Positions 49,638-63,987 of a DNA stretch of 64,000 nt are shown piece after piece. Below the pieces are notes generated by a model, which made no database searches, was not told the DNA's origin, and was given only the letters and a program-made list of their open reading frames with translations. Source of the stretch: Octopus sinensis (Eukaryota); the NCBI RefSeq assembly GCF_006345805.1, contig NC_043005.1, positions 92,008,001-92,072,000 on the forward strand. Reading direction: 5' to 3'. How positions within the stretch are numbered: the first letter of the stretch is position 1; every line of letters starts with the position of its first letter. Position numbers and translations under genes: made by a program.

Positions 49638-52600
49638 GAGTATAGATAGATGCATCGGTTAGGATGCGAAAATGATTGATACATATGTGATGGTAATGTA
49701 AACAAAGGCAGTAAGTCTTACATTGAAACAACTTTGTTCTTGCACTGGTAAATTCGCTGGGTAGAGGTGTCACTGTGGTAGACTGGTTAGTTTCGTTGGG
49801 TAATTAGAGCGGGGTGAATATTATTTAGCTGCGGGCTACCTCGTTTAATTACGTACATTTTTTCTCACGTGTTCATCTCGTATTATACGAGGTGTATATC
49901 ATAGAATAGAGCGTCCACTGCTTTTGTATTGGTTGCTTAGGGTTAGTGTAATCTATATTTTTAGAAATTAGAGGTGTGTAATATATATTTTATATTTTAC
50001 AATAAAAATTGACTCGTATAAGCTTCGTTGGTTTGTTGCTTATAAGTTCTTACTGTCACTTTTTATGATGTGTATGTGTACAGAAAACGAAAGTGAAAGT
50101 TACCCGTTATAACAATTATTATTTTCTTTTTACATAATTTGTATCTTTTTCCACCTCCATTTTCTTTGAAATTATTGTGTTTGAGGAGATATTCTTTCTG
50201 CTAAGCAACATAATCGGTGCTTTAGCGCCAACGATATTCTACCCTATAACTAAATTGTTTGTCAAACTGAAGTGAATGAATTTACTTTATATTTAAATGT
50301 CGATTTGCAAAAGAGACTTTTCTGCGTCTCCTAGTAGAATATAGTAGAAATAATTTGAAATTGTCTGGTCATCAATGTCTTGTAGAATATACTAAGATTC
50401 ATAGACAAAGTTTCAGATATCCTCACCAAAATCGATTTATCGTAACCATTGACAGGCGGCAAATCGACGAAAGCACAACCAGACACAAACAAAATCAATT
50501 ACCATATATACCATTCTTCTTCTTCTGCTGCTGCTGCTGCTGCTGATGCTGCTGTTGCTTTATAAGAGGTCCACTTATTATTTTCGAATAAATTTTTAAT
50601 AAGGAAACGAACCCCGTTTCATTATGTCCGCTGCCGTCCTGTCATCATCGCCCCTTATCTTGGTCACTACTTCTGCCCTCGCTATTACCACTTTCATTGT
50701 TATCATCGCTGACACCGCCACAGCAACATTGTAAAAGCTGCTGTAATTATTTCTGACGTCATTTCCGCCACAAGCACCGCCACTTGCCATTAACTCCATG
50801 AACCACACCAACTTCAACACCAGCACCAACAAAGTTACCTGTGTTGTTCCCAACAGTGCCAGCGAATTCAATTTCCTATCGACTGTTTATAACTGAATAA
50901 GATTTATATTTCCAAAGATAAAATGGTCAAAGAATAAGGATGGCTTGCATCGTCATCGCAAGTTATGGAGATTCGCATGAATGGAATTCTTAGGCAGCAA
51001 GATTTAAATATTTATCAAGCAATGTTCTCCATAATGGATATTTCTAAAAATTGCTTCCAATAAAAATGAGAAATCGGAACCCGGATATTGAAAGGTCTTG
51101 AACATCGTCAGTCAATTTGGAAATAGTTAACAATGTAAACATTGTCCAACTCGGAACAGGCAGAGAATCTAAATGAAATTTGGATTTTCACAGAGAAATA
51201 AGAAGAGAGATATACTGAATTCCGTTTTATGATTTTATATCACTGGGTACGTGGTCGTTCTACTGTTCAAGCTGAGTTGACTAATATGTTTTAAATAAAG
51301 GGAGTCGATGTTCACAATACAGATTTTATAATCGCTTTCTCCTATAACATAAAGTGAAGACATTTCAGTAATTAACTGAGATGCTGAAAATAATATTTCT
51401 TATAGCTTATTGTATAACGATGGAATAATTCAACTACTGAGTTCTAACACATGCATGGCCACAATTTTGAAAAGAGCCGTGCAGCTGATTATATTGATCC
51501 TGGCACTTGGCTAGTACTTTATTTTACCGACCCTGGAAAAATGAAACGTGAATATGAGCTCGCTGTGATTTGAACTTACAACACAAATTGGCGTAGTTAA
51601 ATGCTTTAAAAAACATTTTATCGGTGTTTCAAGCAATTCTGTCAATTCACTTCCTTATAAATTCCATGTGATTATGAAACGGAAGCCCTGCCTTATGTAC
51701 AAACGATGTCTATCGGTTCATGCGCGAACCTGACAGGAAGATTAAAGGCCTGAGTATAACAAAAAAAGTATACTACTAAAACTGGCTGGGATCTTCTCGG
51801 TTTGGACGGCAGTTTTTAACATAATTTCTAGGTAACTAAAAAATTTTAAACTTCGTATACTGGTAGAATGTGTTTATAAAACATCTTTTTGTCTTGGCTT
51901 TATTGAGAAAATTCTATAGTTTGTAAGATATTTGTTGTTTTTTTCTTCAATTTCTGCAATTTCAACCAATCACTGACGTCCATTGAGGTAAACAACATTC
52001 TGTGCCGTATGAATATGTCCCTCGTTTAAGAAACAGATTGGTTTTATTTACATTTGTGAAGAAAAAAAGATACCCTTCCCCCCACCCCTAACCCTAACCC
52101 TAAAATAGATTGAAATGCAATAGATCGATACTAGGGTCATAATTATGGGTGACAATTTCATATGACACCGCTAGAAAAAAACTGCCGTTCAAACCGAAAA
52201 GATCCGCTGGCTGTTGCTGAATGAAAATAGTTTATTGTTTCGGAGGAGAGTTTCTCTACTCACTTTTGTAAATTGCTGTATTGCTTATAAAGTTTTGGGT
52301 ACTCCTACTTGACTTGGGCGGTGAGCTGGCAGAATCGTTAGCACGCCGGGCAAAATGCTTACTGGTATTTCACCTGCCGTTATGTTCTGAGTTCAAATTC
52401 AGCCGAGGTCGACTATGCCTTTCATCCTTTCGGGGTCTATAAATTAAGTACCAGTTACGCACTGGAGTCGATATAATCGACTTAACCCGTTTGTCTGTCC
52501 TTGTTTGTCCTCTCTGTGTTTAGCCCCTTGTGGGTAGTAAAGAAATAGGTATTTCGTCTGCCGTTACGTTCTGAGTTCAAATTCTACCGAGGTCGACTTT

Positions 52601-52999
52601 GCCTTTCATCCTTTCGGGGTCAATAAAATTAGTACCAGTTACTCACTGGGGTAGATGTAATCGACTTAATACCTTACCCAAAATTTGAGGTCTTGTGCTT
52701 CCCGTAGAAAGGATTATTATTGTCATTATCAAGGCGGCGAGCTGGCAGAATCGTTAGCGCGCCAGACGAAATACTTAGCGATATTTTGCCCGTCGCTATG
52801 TTCTGAGTTCAAATTCCTCCGAGGTCGACTTTGCTTTCATCTTTTCGGGACGACATAATAAGTACCAGTTGAAAACTGGAGTCGATGTAATCAACTCATT
52901 CTCCCACCAAAACTGATGTCTTTGTGGTAAAATTTGAAACTATTATTATTATTCAGTAGTCTTATTTCTATAACATGCTTTCATTTCACTACCGAGCGC

Positions 53000-53150
53000 A
53001 GCTCTGTCGTTTGCTGTGATGCTCTTATTTTTACTATATTGAAAGTGTTTTACGTAGGATATGTGTAGTGCCTAGTCGTGCTATTTTCTGTATGTTATAT
53101 ATATTTGTTAGTCCTGGTGTCTTTGTTATGAATTTATCTGAATATTTTTT
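53000..53150 (-). mobile_element. R4/Dong-like LINE extreme 3' end
   Basis: TPGLTNIYNIQKIARLGTTHILRKTLSI* matches the R4 C-terminal motif IQK.ALLGTAHILRK.L. Confidence 0.75.
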
Positions 53151-54399
53151 ATCATGACTCATGCGCCCACTATCATCATCATCATCATGAGCTGGTCGAA
53201 TCGTTGGCACGCCTACAAAACGCTTAGCGGTATTTCGCTCTGAGTTCAAATTCCGCCGGAGTCGACTCTGCCTTTTACCCTTTCGGGTCGATGAAATAAG
53301 TGCCAATTACCCACTGTGGTCGATGTAATCCCCTCCCCACAAATTTTAGACTTTGTAGAAAGGATTATTATAGTAGAAGGATTACTATAGTAGAAAGGAT
53401 TATTATTATTATTATTGGTGTTGTTGCTGCTGCTGCTGCTTGTTTGTTTGTTTGTTTGTTGGTTGAGCGAAGCGGTCTTCGTCCCAGAGTGGGAGAAGTC
53501 CGAAACGTGGTCCTTTGCTATTCGTAAGACCCGCAGAAGAGAAAGCAGGTCAACCCCCGACACCGAGAGCATCGACGGATGGATGAATGCGCATCCAGGC
53601 TCAGCGGTTGCGTAGGAAGTCGGGTGCTGCTGCTGCTGTTGTTGCTGTTTTTTTTACTGTAAGCTCAGACATAAAACATTTCTCCTCCTCACTGCACACA
53701 TTTTGCTGGTCGCTAATTTTGAATGCTTAAAGCAAGCAGAAATAACAACAAACCAGACTTGATTTCTTCTGAACAACTTACAAGAGCTTCTGCCGTAAAT
53801 AGACTGTATCAGAAATGTATGTTGCTCACCATCCTACCATATTAAAACTCATTCAACTGTCATGATATAATTGTTAGGTTAATCGGTGAATCACTCTCAA
53901 GATATTTCTCAGTCAAATTTTCACAGGAAAGTTCTCCGCTATTTTTTTTTTTTGTTTATTTGTTTGTTTTTTTTCTTGTATATTTTGACTTGGATATGAA
54001 TAAAACCTGCATCTGCATTTTCGTTCGCCAAATTTGCTTTTTCAGTTCACTCACTGACAAGGAAAATTCACAACTAGTTTATACACGTAGATTTATTATA
54101 AAATAACCTAATTAGATCTTATACTAGAACGGCGGTAACATCGACTACGATTGGTAATATCCAACTTCGACGCAGTCACCTTGTATATAATTCAGTGGAC
54201 AACTGGTTCATTTCCATCGGTTGTGTAGATTTGGCTGTAACCGTACTCGATAGTAGAACATAGAACGGGACTCTCTGAAAGGCCTAACAAAGAAAATTAC
54301 TTTGCATTTTTCTAGTAGTACAGTCTGCCTAATGATGAACCATGTCTCAAGCGGCTTGCTTCTCAAAATAGGTTGATCATGCTTGACCTGGGGTATATG

Positions 54400-54800
54400 A
54401 ATTAATTCTTTAGATATAGTAGCTGTAGATTCCTCAATAGTCAGCGTAGGTATTTTCTTTTTCGTTGATCATTAGCTTTATGCTAACATCCACTGGGCAG
54501 CTGATTTCCCCAACTGTACACGGTTTCTCTTCTCTGTCCCAAATCACTATGTCAGGTCTATTATGTTTACATGTTATTGTGGTTTGTAGTGGGATATTCC
54601 ACCAGTACTTCTTATTATGAGTGGCTCTGGCTTCTACCATATTGTAGGTTCTTATTTCTTTGGCCTCGAGGTTATCCTTCCGACGGATTTCATACAGTGT
54701 CCTAGCTACAACATGATGTCTCATTGGTAGAGCCACTCGTCAGAGGTGGTCTGTGGCGAATCTCCTATCATTCTCAAACACGGGCGACCTTCACGACTGA
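54400..54800 (-). mobile_element. R4/Dong-like LINE fragment, restriction-like endonuclease region
   Basis: LPMRHHVVA...KHNRPDIVIWDREEKPCTVGEISCPVD...EKENTYA is a PD-(D/E)xK RLE; the CCHC finger region appears deleted. Confidence 0.8.
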
Positions 54801-55236
54801 CGGTTCTACACACAACATCAATAATTACTATCCTTTCTACCATAAAAATAAAGAAGTGACGCGGGTCAGGCATGCTGACTATCAGAAAATTGTAGAACAC
54901 TTTTAAAAGATTGTTTATAATAAGCAAACATAAAGAGAAAAACTAAATGTACATTTAGAAAAAGGCTGTATACTTTCATTCACACGATGCCAATACATGC
55001 TCTGATTCTATAATGTGCATTCACATGCCCACGCATCACCTTATTCAAAGTGATACAAAAATAGCCTTTAATATATATTATGTATTTGTATGCATATAGA
55101 CATATGCACGCTCACACGTGTACACTCGTGCGCATTTACGTGCATGTATGCATGTACTCGCAATATGAGCAACTTTATGCGCATACATCAAGGTGTACAT
55201 CCGCGCACGCATATATGTATGTATAAATATATGTAT

Positions 55237-55298
<62 letters not shown>

Positions 55299-55318
55299 TG
55301 TATATATATATATATACA

Positions 55319-55355
<37 letters not shown>

Positions 55356-57359
55356 GACGGGCTTCTTCCAGTTTCCGTCTACCAAATCCTCAAAGCTTTG
55401 GTCGGCCAGAGGCTTATAGTAGAAGACAGTGGCCTAAGGTGCTGCGCATGTGCACACACACTCACACACACACACACGCACGCACACAAACACACACACA
55501 TGCACGCACATACGTGTGTCTACGCGCAGCTGCACGCACGCATACTCGCACGTACAGGATTCTTATTGCTTATCCTACCCACCTCGCTTTTCCCTTCGGC
55601 CTAGCATTCTTTTTCCTTCTACTCAATGACTACTTAACTGCACCCAACTTATTCCCATTTGGAACGATCTTCCCACTAATATTTTTATTGGTCATTTGAC
55701 TTCGATTTTCTTTTTTCTTGTCCCTTTTCGACTGGCCGGTTGCGGCCAGTTTGATAGTTGCCAAGCGGCAACGTAATCAACGTAGAGGTAAGAAGGACTT
55801 GAAGTCCAGCCAAGTTAGTTTTGTGTTTGTTACAACTTATGTACTAAGCATCACTTTGCTATGAAACGATCGTAACCTGTTCCCCTCCTTACTTTTTGGA
55901 TCATTTGTCCTTTATATAAATTGTCAACATTTTCATCGGCACCACCTTATTTTTTTCTGACGATGCTGAATTATGTACATTTTATCTTCATACTTTTCTA
56001 CATGAAATTCAGAGAAGGCATTGGGCTGAATGGTACGATTTTATTTGTATAAGATATACGTAAAAAGAGTAATGTGGAAACCTCTAGAAGGTTTTTGAAG
56101 ATAGAGCTCAGATATGTATATGATATTGCCTTTATTGCTGCGTTCTGAGAAGAATTAAGGATTCTGATGAAGTGAAAGGAAAAAGTGATGAATATAGTTT
56201 ATTCATTAATTTTGATAAAACTGAATCAATAATTATCTCCTGAACGATTGACCAATATAATCCTATAACTGATAATCAAACTGTCAAAGTGGTGAATGCG
56301 TTTTGCCATCTTGGATGTATTTCTATAAATCAATGTGATGACAGCCTAAGAGATAAAAAGAACTGCAATTGTAAAATACGCTGTTATCTGTTTTTACTCT
56401 GGGAAAATCTATTGATAGGTAACAAACAAACAAACAAACAAAAAAGACCAGGCTGAAATTGCTGTACACTTTGATATTTCCAATTGCAACATATAGAGCT
56501 GAATACTAATCTCTTAAAAAAAACTGTTTGAAAAAACAGAATTTTCCAAGTTTGATATTATAGAACCTTGTTAAGAATTTGCTAGATAGAAATAAAAATG
56601 ACAAATCAATATGTATTGAATTGAATTGGAATTGAATGTGGCATTGTAAACGAACTGGACAAGCAAAAACTTAAATATTCTGAACATTTCATATGAGCGG
56701 ATGATCGACAAAAATGTTAAAACCCTACAAAAAAATATTGAAAACCCTAAAGAAAAAGTTGGGTTGATGACATAGAGTTGACAAGCTTGATGATGCATCA
56801 ATAAAGAAGAACAACAGAAAATATAAATAATAGAGAAGAAATGGAGGATGAGACACTCTCACTCCAAAGTTGGTAGTTCCATATACTGACGACTGAATCG
56901 TTCAAAGTGTGTAATACCTCCTGTTTCATTACTTTGTTTACACGTAGTATCCTATCACTTGTAAATACAACCACTTATACCAAAATTAAGTGTATAAAGA
57001 TCGATAAATTTTACTAGTAGTGTTTAGACAGTTACCCTTCAATAATTTTTCAGTTTGATTCGTATTAATTTACAGCTCGTTTTTCTTCCTCTTTCTTAAC
57101 GATCCTGGAATCAAACGGGCATGATGGGTCGTTAAGTAAGCAACTTCGCTTTTCCTTATCTACAGTCATCATATCTAGTCTATTATTTTCTAATTTCTTG
57201 TCTGTTTGAATCGGAAAGTCCTACAAAATCTTACATTTCTTCAACTCCAGTATTCTTTCGACTCGATGATTGTACCATGTGTTTCCAGTTTCACATCCAC
57301 GCCTCCCTTTCTGATATTCTTCCTGTGCCAACTTAGGGCATTCTGTCACAATGTGTCCA

Positions 57360-57454
57360 ACTTTCTTCTTCTTCTTCTCCTTCTTCTTCTTCTTCTTCTT
57401 CTTCTTCTTCTTCTTCTTCTTCTTCTTCTCTTCTTCTTCTTATTATTATTATTC

Positions 57455-57485
<31 letters not shown>

Positions 57486-57515
57486 CATTATTATTATCAT
57501 TATTATTATTATTAT
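57360..57515. repeat. (TTC)n followed by (TTA)n microsatellite
   Basis: Read directly from the sequence. Confidence 0.95.
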
Positions 57516-58052
57516 TGAGCGGGAGAGCAGTGCATGCCATCAAAGTTACACTGAGGTAAAATATACAAAGCCCAGTATACCTATCATGACTACCCGTCTG
57601 ATAAGGGCACGCCAGGCACATGCATAACAACCATGTGTGCACGACATGATAATCTGATATCAAGATAAACAGCACATGACCTTGTAGATGGGGCCCAGAT
57701 AAAATTTTCTTCTGGTCGAGTAACCCATCCCGCTCAAAAGGTCCCTGAATAAGGGTTGTTTAAGGATGTTGAACGAAACACCCAAGTTACCAGAGGTGAA
57801 TTATTCAAACCCCAAAGAATCCCTCTCAACACACAGCTATGATGCTCCCCCACTACTGCTCATGGTCAGAGATGCACATATCGTCAGCCACTAAGGGACA
57901 TGCTCAACTGGTTAAAGTCAAACAACTGACAAGCAAATCTGTGGTATTGAGCAGAATATTTGCTGTAGCCCATCTTTTATGCCAAGACAAAACAATGTAC
58001 ATGATAACACCTCCAATCAGTTAAGATCAGAAGCCACGAGAGCCACTGCCTG

Positions 58053-58085
<33 letters not shown>

Positions 58086-60483
58086 GAGTGAGAGAGCAGT
58101 GCAAACCATCAAAGTGACCCTGGGGTAAAATATACGAAACCCAGTATAGCCATCATAACTACCAGTTTGATAAGGGTACACCAGGCGCATGCATCACAAC
58201 CATATGTGCACGACATTGTGATCTGTTATCAAGATAAACAGCGCATGACCTTGCAGGTGGGGCCCAGTTAGAATTTTCTTTAGGTCGAGTAGCCCATCCT
58301 TCTCATAAGGTCCCTGAATAAGATTTGTTCAAGGATGCTGAGCGAACCACCCATGTTTCCAGTGGTAAATTATTCAAACCGCACATGGCTATGATGCTCC
58401 CCTACTACTCCTGCTCGTGATCAGACATGCACATGTCATCAGTCACTAAGGGACACGCTCAACTACAAGCAAATCTGTGGAATTGAGCAGAATATTTGAC
58501 TGTAGCCCATCTGTAATACCAAGACATGCACATGATAACACTTCCAATCAGTTAAGATCAAAAGCCTTGAGAGCCATTGGACAGATGCATATTAAACTTG
58601 ATTAAAACTGTTGACCTGGCAATAGATGGGAACTAGTGGTGACATTGAATTAGCTAGTGTGAAATACACAGCACCTCTTACGTTATAGACTATCCCCAAT
58701 GGAAAGATTGTCGAAGATGAAGAAGGGATGGAGGACAAAGTTGACCATGGGATATGAACAAGCAACGGCTAGTCATCAGACACGAGCAGATGTGATTTTC
58801 GGTTTGTCAATATAAATATGTTAAAGTGACCAACATCGGAAGAGTAGTCGAAACGTGCTTCTTTCTTTTCGGTTGTAATTTCTGGGCTGATGGAATGTAG
58901 AAACGAACAGGTGTTAATATCATTCTCTAGTAATACTTAATGTGCTAACCAATATAATTAAGTAGCTCACACCATAAATAATGAAAGATATAACTGCTCA
59001 GAATTCTGACGAATGATGCTAAGGTTGTTGCACTAGTAGAATAATTACTCTATCCAAATAGAGTAATTATTCTACTAGTGCAAATTAATTTAGATCCCTT
59101 GAGAAGTATCTAAAATTATTGTTCTTTCTATCGTCTATAATCGGATTTTCAGAAGCGAAGATTGTTTGAGGAATTCCTTGAACTTCTGTTGTCGTTGTTG
59201 TTGCCATTCCCCACCCCCACTACTTCTTGTGGTTTGTTGCTGACTCTCCAGAAAATAAATACAAAAAGTTAGGATTACCCAAGATCAAATTCTATAACCT
59301 TTTATGTATCCCACTGTTCCAATAAAATGTGATAATGTAATTATCTGCAGAACAATGGTAGATCTCCATTGATGCTAATCAGCTAAGTTGGCGATGGTAG
59401 AGAAGATATTTCTTTCTGTGCAAACCTTAGTCAAACCAAACCAAACAAAAAATAAATCTATGACGGAGCTTTATAAGTTAGCTTCAGTTTCCAGTTAAAA
59501 TCGCTTCATTTACATCAATAACACTCTTGGGAAAACTACGAACGCTAGGATTTCCAATCTCCAGTTTGCTTTAAGTTTGTAGTTTCATGATTGTATGTAT
59601 ATTACGATATGTTTGTAAGCGTTCGTGTCTACGCGTTCGCATGTATTTAATTTAATTTTTATATTTCTATTTCTCTCTATTCTGGTGCAGAATATTAAAC
59701 GCTGACGCAAATATTTTACTGTCAAAAATATGTTGAAAATACGAACTTAACTCATAATACTTTATCTAAATGATCTGTATATAGACAGATGTTTATTCTA
59801 TATCGAGGCACCAATAAATGTAATTCCATCCAACGCGGGAGCTTCTCTACACAGTTGATTGACCTGCCAGGTCTTCCCCAGACCATATCCAACCGCATTT
59901 TGCAATAATAATAGGACACATGGAATAATACAATCTAATATATACACTGCCTGAACAAGAACAGATGTTGAAAAGCAATTCCTCCATGCGAGAAGCCCAC
60001 AATCCCAGCGAATAACTATAAGAGAGAGAGAGAGATTATCTTATTACTCAGTTTCTTTAGTGCTTTTTCGTTTATTCTTTTTCGCTCAATGTTCCATTCA
60101 TGTCATAAATTAAGACCATCATATCATGAAAGGAGATCATACAATTAATGAAGAGTATTGATTTTTACGATTATCGCCCACCGGCGACTGTTATGATCAA
60201 GAACAGTAATAATTGGCATTAGTATTAAATGGTAGGTCACTTCAGAGATTAATATTTGTATAAGAGAAGGCGGCGAGCTGGCAGGAGTTTTAGCACGCCG
60301 GATAAAATGCTTAGCGGCATTTCGTCCGTCTTTACGTTCTGAGTTCAAATTCCTTAAGTTGTTTATCTGTATTTATTATTAATGTTGTTGTCCTAACAAT
60401 AATATTTAGATTTAATGATGTTATTAATACTACTACTATTATGTAAGCGTTTTTGTTATAGGTGTTCTCTCTGGTAGCTGGAA

Positions 60484-60600
60484 CAGCGCGTAGCCTAGTG
60501 GCTAGGCAACTGAGTTCTCGATCATAAATAAGGTCATGGGTTCGATCTTACTCCGAGCCAAGCATTTCGCCTCTCGTTGCTGCAGTCTACTCACCTAGTA
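60484..60600 (+). mobile_element. tRNA-derived SINE head of a further family (not a functional tRNA)
   Basis: tagcctagtgg (A box) and gggttcgatc (B box), but no complete cloverleaf. Confidence 0.55.
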
Positions 60601-60739
60601 AAAATGTGTATTAAGAGAGCTTCCGATTAGAGTCAAATTAGCGCTACAGCGTTAACGAGTTTGTGAACTGCTACATCCTATCTTTACTCTTTACTCTCTG
60701 ATGGGTGGGAAAGTGTTCTTAGAATAGTATATAATAGTA

Positions 60740-61830
60740 AATTTCATTCATCAAAGTACCATTACAATCAACACATCTTTGCCAACGAGTTACAGGTTTG
60801 TTTACTCCGGTAACACAAATCTGGAGTTCTGGAGCTGATGAACTCTTTCAACGCAATTTCCAAATCGGTTTGATTTTTGAACTCCTTCTCTCGCACGAAA
60901 CCATCAAGGTGATTGAAAAAGTGTAGTCGGTAGGAGAAAGGTCTAAGGAATAAGCTGGGTGGGGAAGAACTTCGTAGCCAAGTTCCCTCAACTCCTGGAG
61001 CGTCATTAGTGAAACGTGTAATCAAGCATTGTCATGAAGAATGGTTGGCTCCCTTCTGTTGACCAGTCTGGGACAGGAGAGTGGCGGTTTTTCGTTCATT
61101 TTGGCAATTTCATGGCAATATGTTTCTGCAGTAATGGTTTTTCCTAGTTTAAAGAAGTTTATAGTGGCTGAGTCCAGCAGTGCACCACCAAACAGTCACT
61201 ATAACCTCCTTTTTGAAGAGCTCGGGTTTTGGGAAGGTTTTCAGTGCTTCATTTTGGTCCAACCGCTGCGAAGAACGTTTTTTTATTATTCTATAGAATC
61301 CACTTTTCATCGCAAGTTACAATACGGTCGCGAAATGAATCGGTCTGGTTACGGAGAAGAAGCGACGAGCAAATTTCGTATCTGCGCATTTTCTGATTTT
61401 CATTCAAATCGTGTGATGCCCATTTGTTGTGCTTTTTTTATTTTCCGGTTGCATGCAAATGGTTGCAGGCAGTTTTCTGGCTAACTTGAAGTTCCTTGCC
61501 AGTTCTCGAGTGGTTTTACGTGGATCTTTCTCAATGACGGTCTCTAATTGACCGACATCGATGACAGATGGGCGTCCACTACGCTCACGATCTTCGAAAC
61601 TCAGATCTCCACTGCGAAATCGTTTAAACCATTTTCGAGCTGACCACTAACTGGTTATTTCCTCACCAAACGTTTCGTTGATATCACAAGCAGTTTCAGC
61701 TGCTTTACGTCCTTTTTCTTTAAGTTGAATAGCAAAGTTTAAAAAACGAAGACTCGATGAAAGCCTTCAATTTGTAGAGATTAATCAATCTACTTTACAG
61801 AACCAAATGGCGTAACTGCATAAATTCTTA
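60740..61830 (-). mobile_element. Mariner transposon, defective; TIRs not clearly recognisable
   Basis: KRFRSGDLSFEDRERSGRP-type HTH region, and YHFFNHLDGF.REKEFKNQ..KEFISSRTP following a degenerate SPDL motif. Confidence 0.88.
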
Positions 61831-62732
61831 TAATTTAAAAATAATTGCGCCTGTTGAATGTAAAAGTCTATCATATGTGGTTATTGTCTCGTATATTATA
61901 CTGGTGGTATATGAAAACGATATTAAAAAATATAGAGTCTGATAGAAAATTTGATCAAGGAAGATAAAACAAATTTCCAGATAATCATTTCGACAGTAAA
62001 ATCAGATAATGAATTTGATATTGATCTGTTTAACGCCTTTTGTAAAATAATAAATTCCAGTATTGATTTGTTTATTTAATTCCTAACTGAACAGAATGAT
62101 ACTATAAACGAAAATGATTGCGTAATAAAACACGTGAGCTTACTCCATTAATGGCATGGCGTTGTCGATAGGGACAGTGATAAGAGGTGTAGGGGTAGAG
62201 AAGCGGGTGGATGAGGAGGAAAGCGGGGATTATAAAATAAACAGTAATACAATTAAACCATTTCGAGCAATGTACGGTTAATGCAGAGTTATGTTTCTTT
62301 GGTGGTGGTTGTGATAAAGGTATAGGCCGTGGTGGTGTTTATGAGGATGGTGAAAATAAAGAGGGGAAGAGAAGAGGACGGAGAGGTGGAGATGGAATTA
62401 TATTATAAGGTTGAATTGTTTCAAGGAATTAAATTTCCAGTTGGATAGGGGACAGTTTTGTGCACACGTGCGAAAATACATTTAAAGGCACACAAACATA
62501 CACATGCACAAGTTCGCACGCAGCCAAACTTACGAAGCTACACGCACGCCGCCATTTCGGTAACTACTATCATGATGCTGACTAATATGACTGACTCTAG
62601 TTGAACTAGTGCATGGGAATGCTCGCGCTTTGACAATTCCATTTCAGATGATTGTAACATCAGGTGTCTTGGGGAAATTTCGAACCTCGGTTCTCATTCC
62701 TAAGGTATTTTTCGATGTTGTTGTTGTTGTTG

Positions 62733-62804
<72 letters not shown>

Positions 62805-63284
62805 TCACTGCCTGTAATCGAACTCGGAATCTTGGGGTTAGTAGCTCGCGCTCTTAACCACTACGCCATATGCCCATTTATCTGATGGTTTACTCTATAT
62901 TTTTGTGGAGTGCAAATTTATTCTTTTGGAAGGATGTTGTTGACCGTGACTTGGAAGCTTCGACCAGCCATCGATCGATGGTATCATGGTTCAGCTGGCC
63001 GAAGCTTCGACGTCATTGCTAATAACATGCTTGTTTAATGATAACAATCTTTTTTACTGTATGTACGAGATATGAAATTTGGGGGAGGGAGTCAGTCGAT
63101 TGCATCAACCACAGTGTTTCATATCTACTTATTCTATCTACCCCGAAAGGATGAAAGGCAAAGTCGACCTCGGCGGAATTTGAACCCAGAACGTAACAAC
63201 GAACGAAATACTGCTAAGTATTTTGTCCGGTGTGCAAACGATTCTGTCAGCTCGCAGCCTTAATAATAATGATGATGATGATTA

Positions 63285-63575
63285 CCCCAGGAAACCAGGT
63301 AACTCCAAAATTCAAAAAATAGTGCTCATAGGAACTGCCCATATCCTACGTAAAATACTGTCTATGTAATCTAACATTTTAAAACAAACTTATAATTTCT
63401 TTATGTTTTCTTAAACATTCTTTAGAACAATATTATGTGCAAAACCAGATATATGACACCCTAGGCATAACACCAACATGAACACTTCTAACTTGTTGTC
63501 TCTTGAGGTCTCTGAGTGAGACTTGGAGCCAACTTGTACAAATACAAAGCAAAAGTCAAACATATAATAATAATA
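63285..63575 (+). mobile_element. R4/Dong-like LINE 3' end and 3' UTR inserted in a (TAA)n tract
   Basis: IQKIVLIGTAHILRKILSM* followed by UTR and taataataat; flanked by AAT/GAT runs between SINE copies. Confidence 0.75.
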
Positions 63576-63944
63576 ATCCTTTCTACTGGAAGCACAAGGC
63601 CTCAAACTTTGGGGGAAGTGATTAAGTCGATTACATCGATCTCCGAAAGGATGAAAGGCAAGGTCGACTTCGCCGGAATTTGAACTCAGAACGTAACGGC
63701 AGACGAAATACCTATTTCTGTACTACCCACAAGGGGCTAAACACAGAGAGGACAAACAAGGACAGACAAACGGATTAAGTCGATTATATCGACCCCAGTG
63801 CGTAACTGGTACTTATTTAATCGACCCCGAAAGGATGAAAGGCAAAGTCGACCTCGGCGGAATTTGAACTCATAACGTAACGGCAGACGAAATACGGCTG
63901 AGCATTTCGCCTGGCGTGTTAACGATTCTCCCAGCACACCGCCT

Positions 63945-63987
<43 letters not shown>

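Noticed and set aside
53465-53625. GC-rich segment with ttcgtccc and GAAAC-GTG-GTC, suggesting an HDV-like or hammerhead ribozyme
   Set aside because: I could not build the nested double pseudoknot and there is no CUGANGA; probably a fragment of an unidentified repeat.
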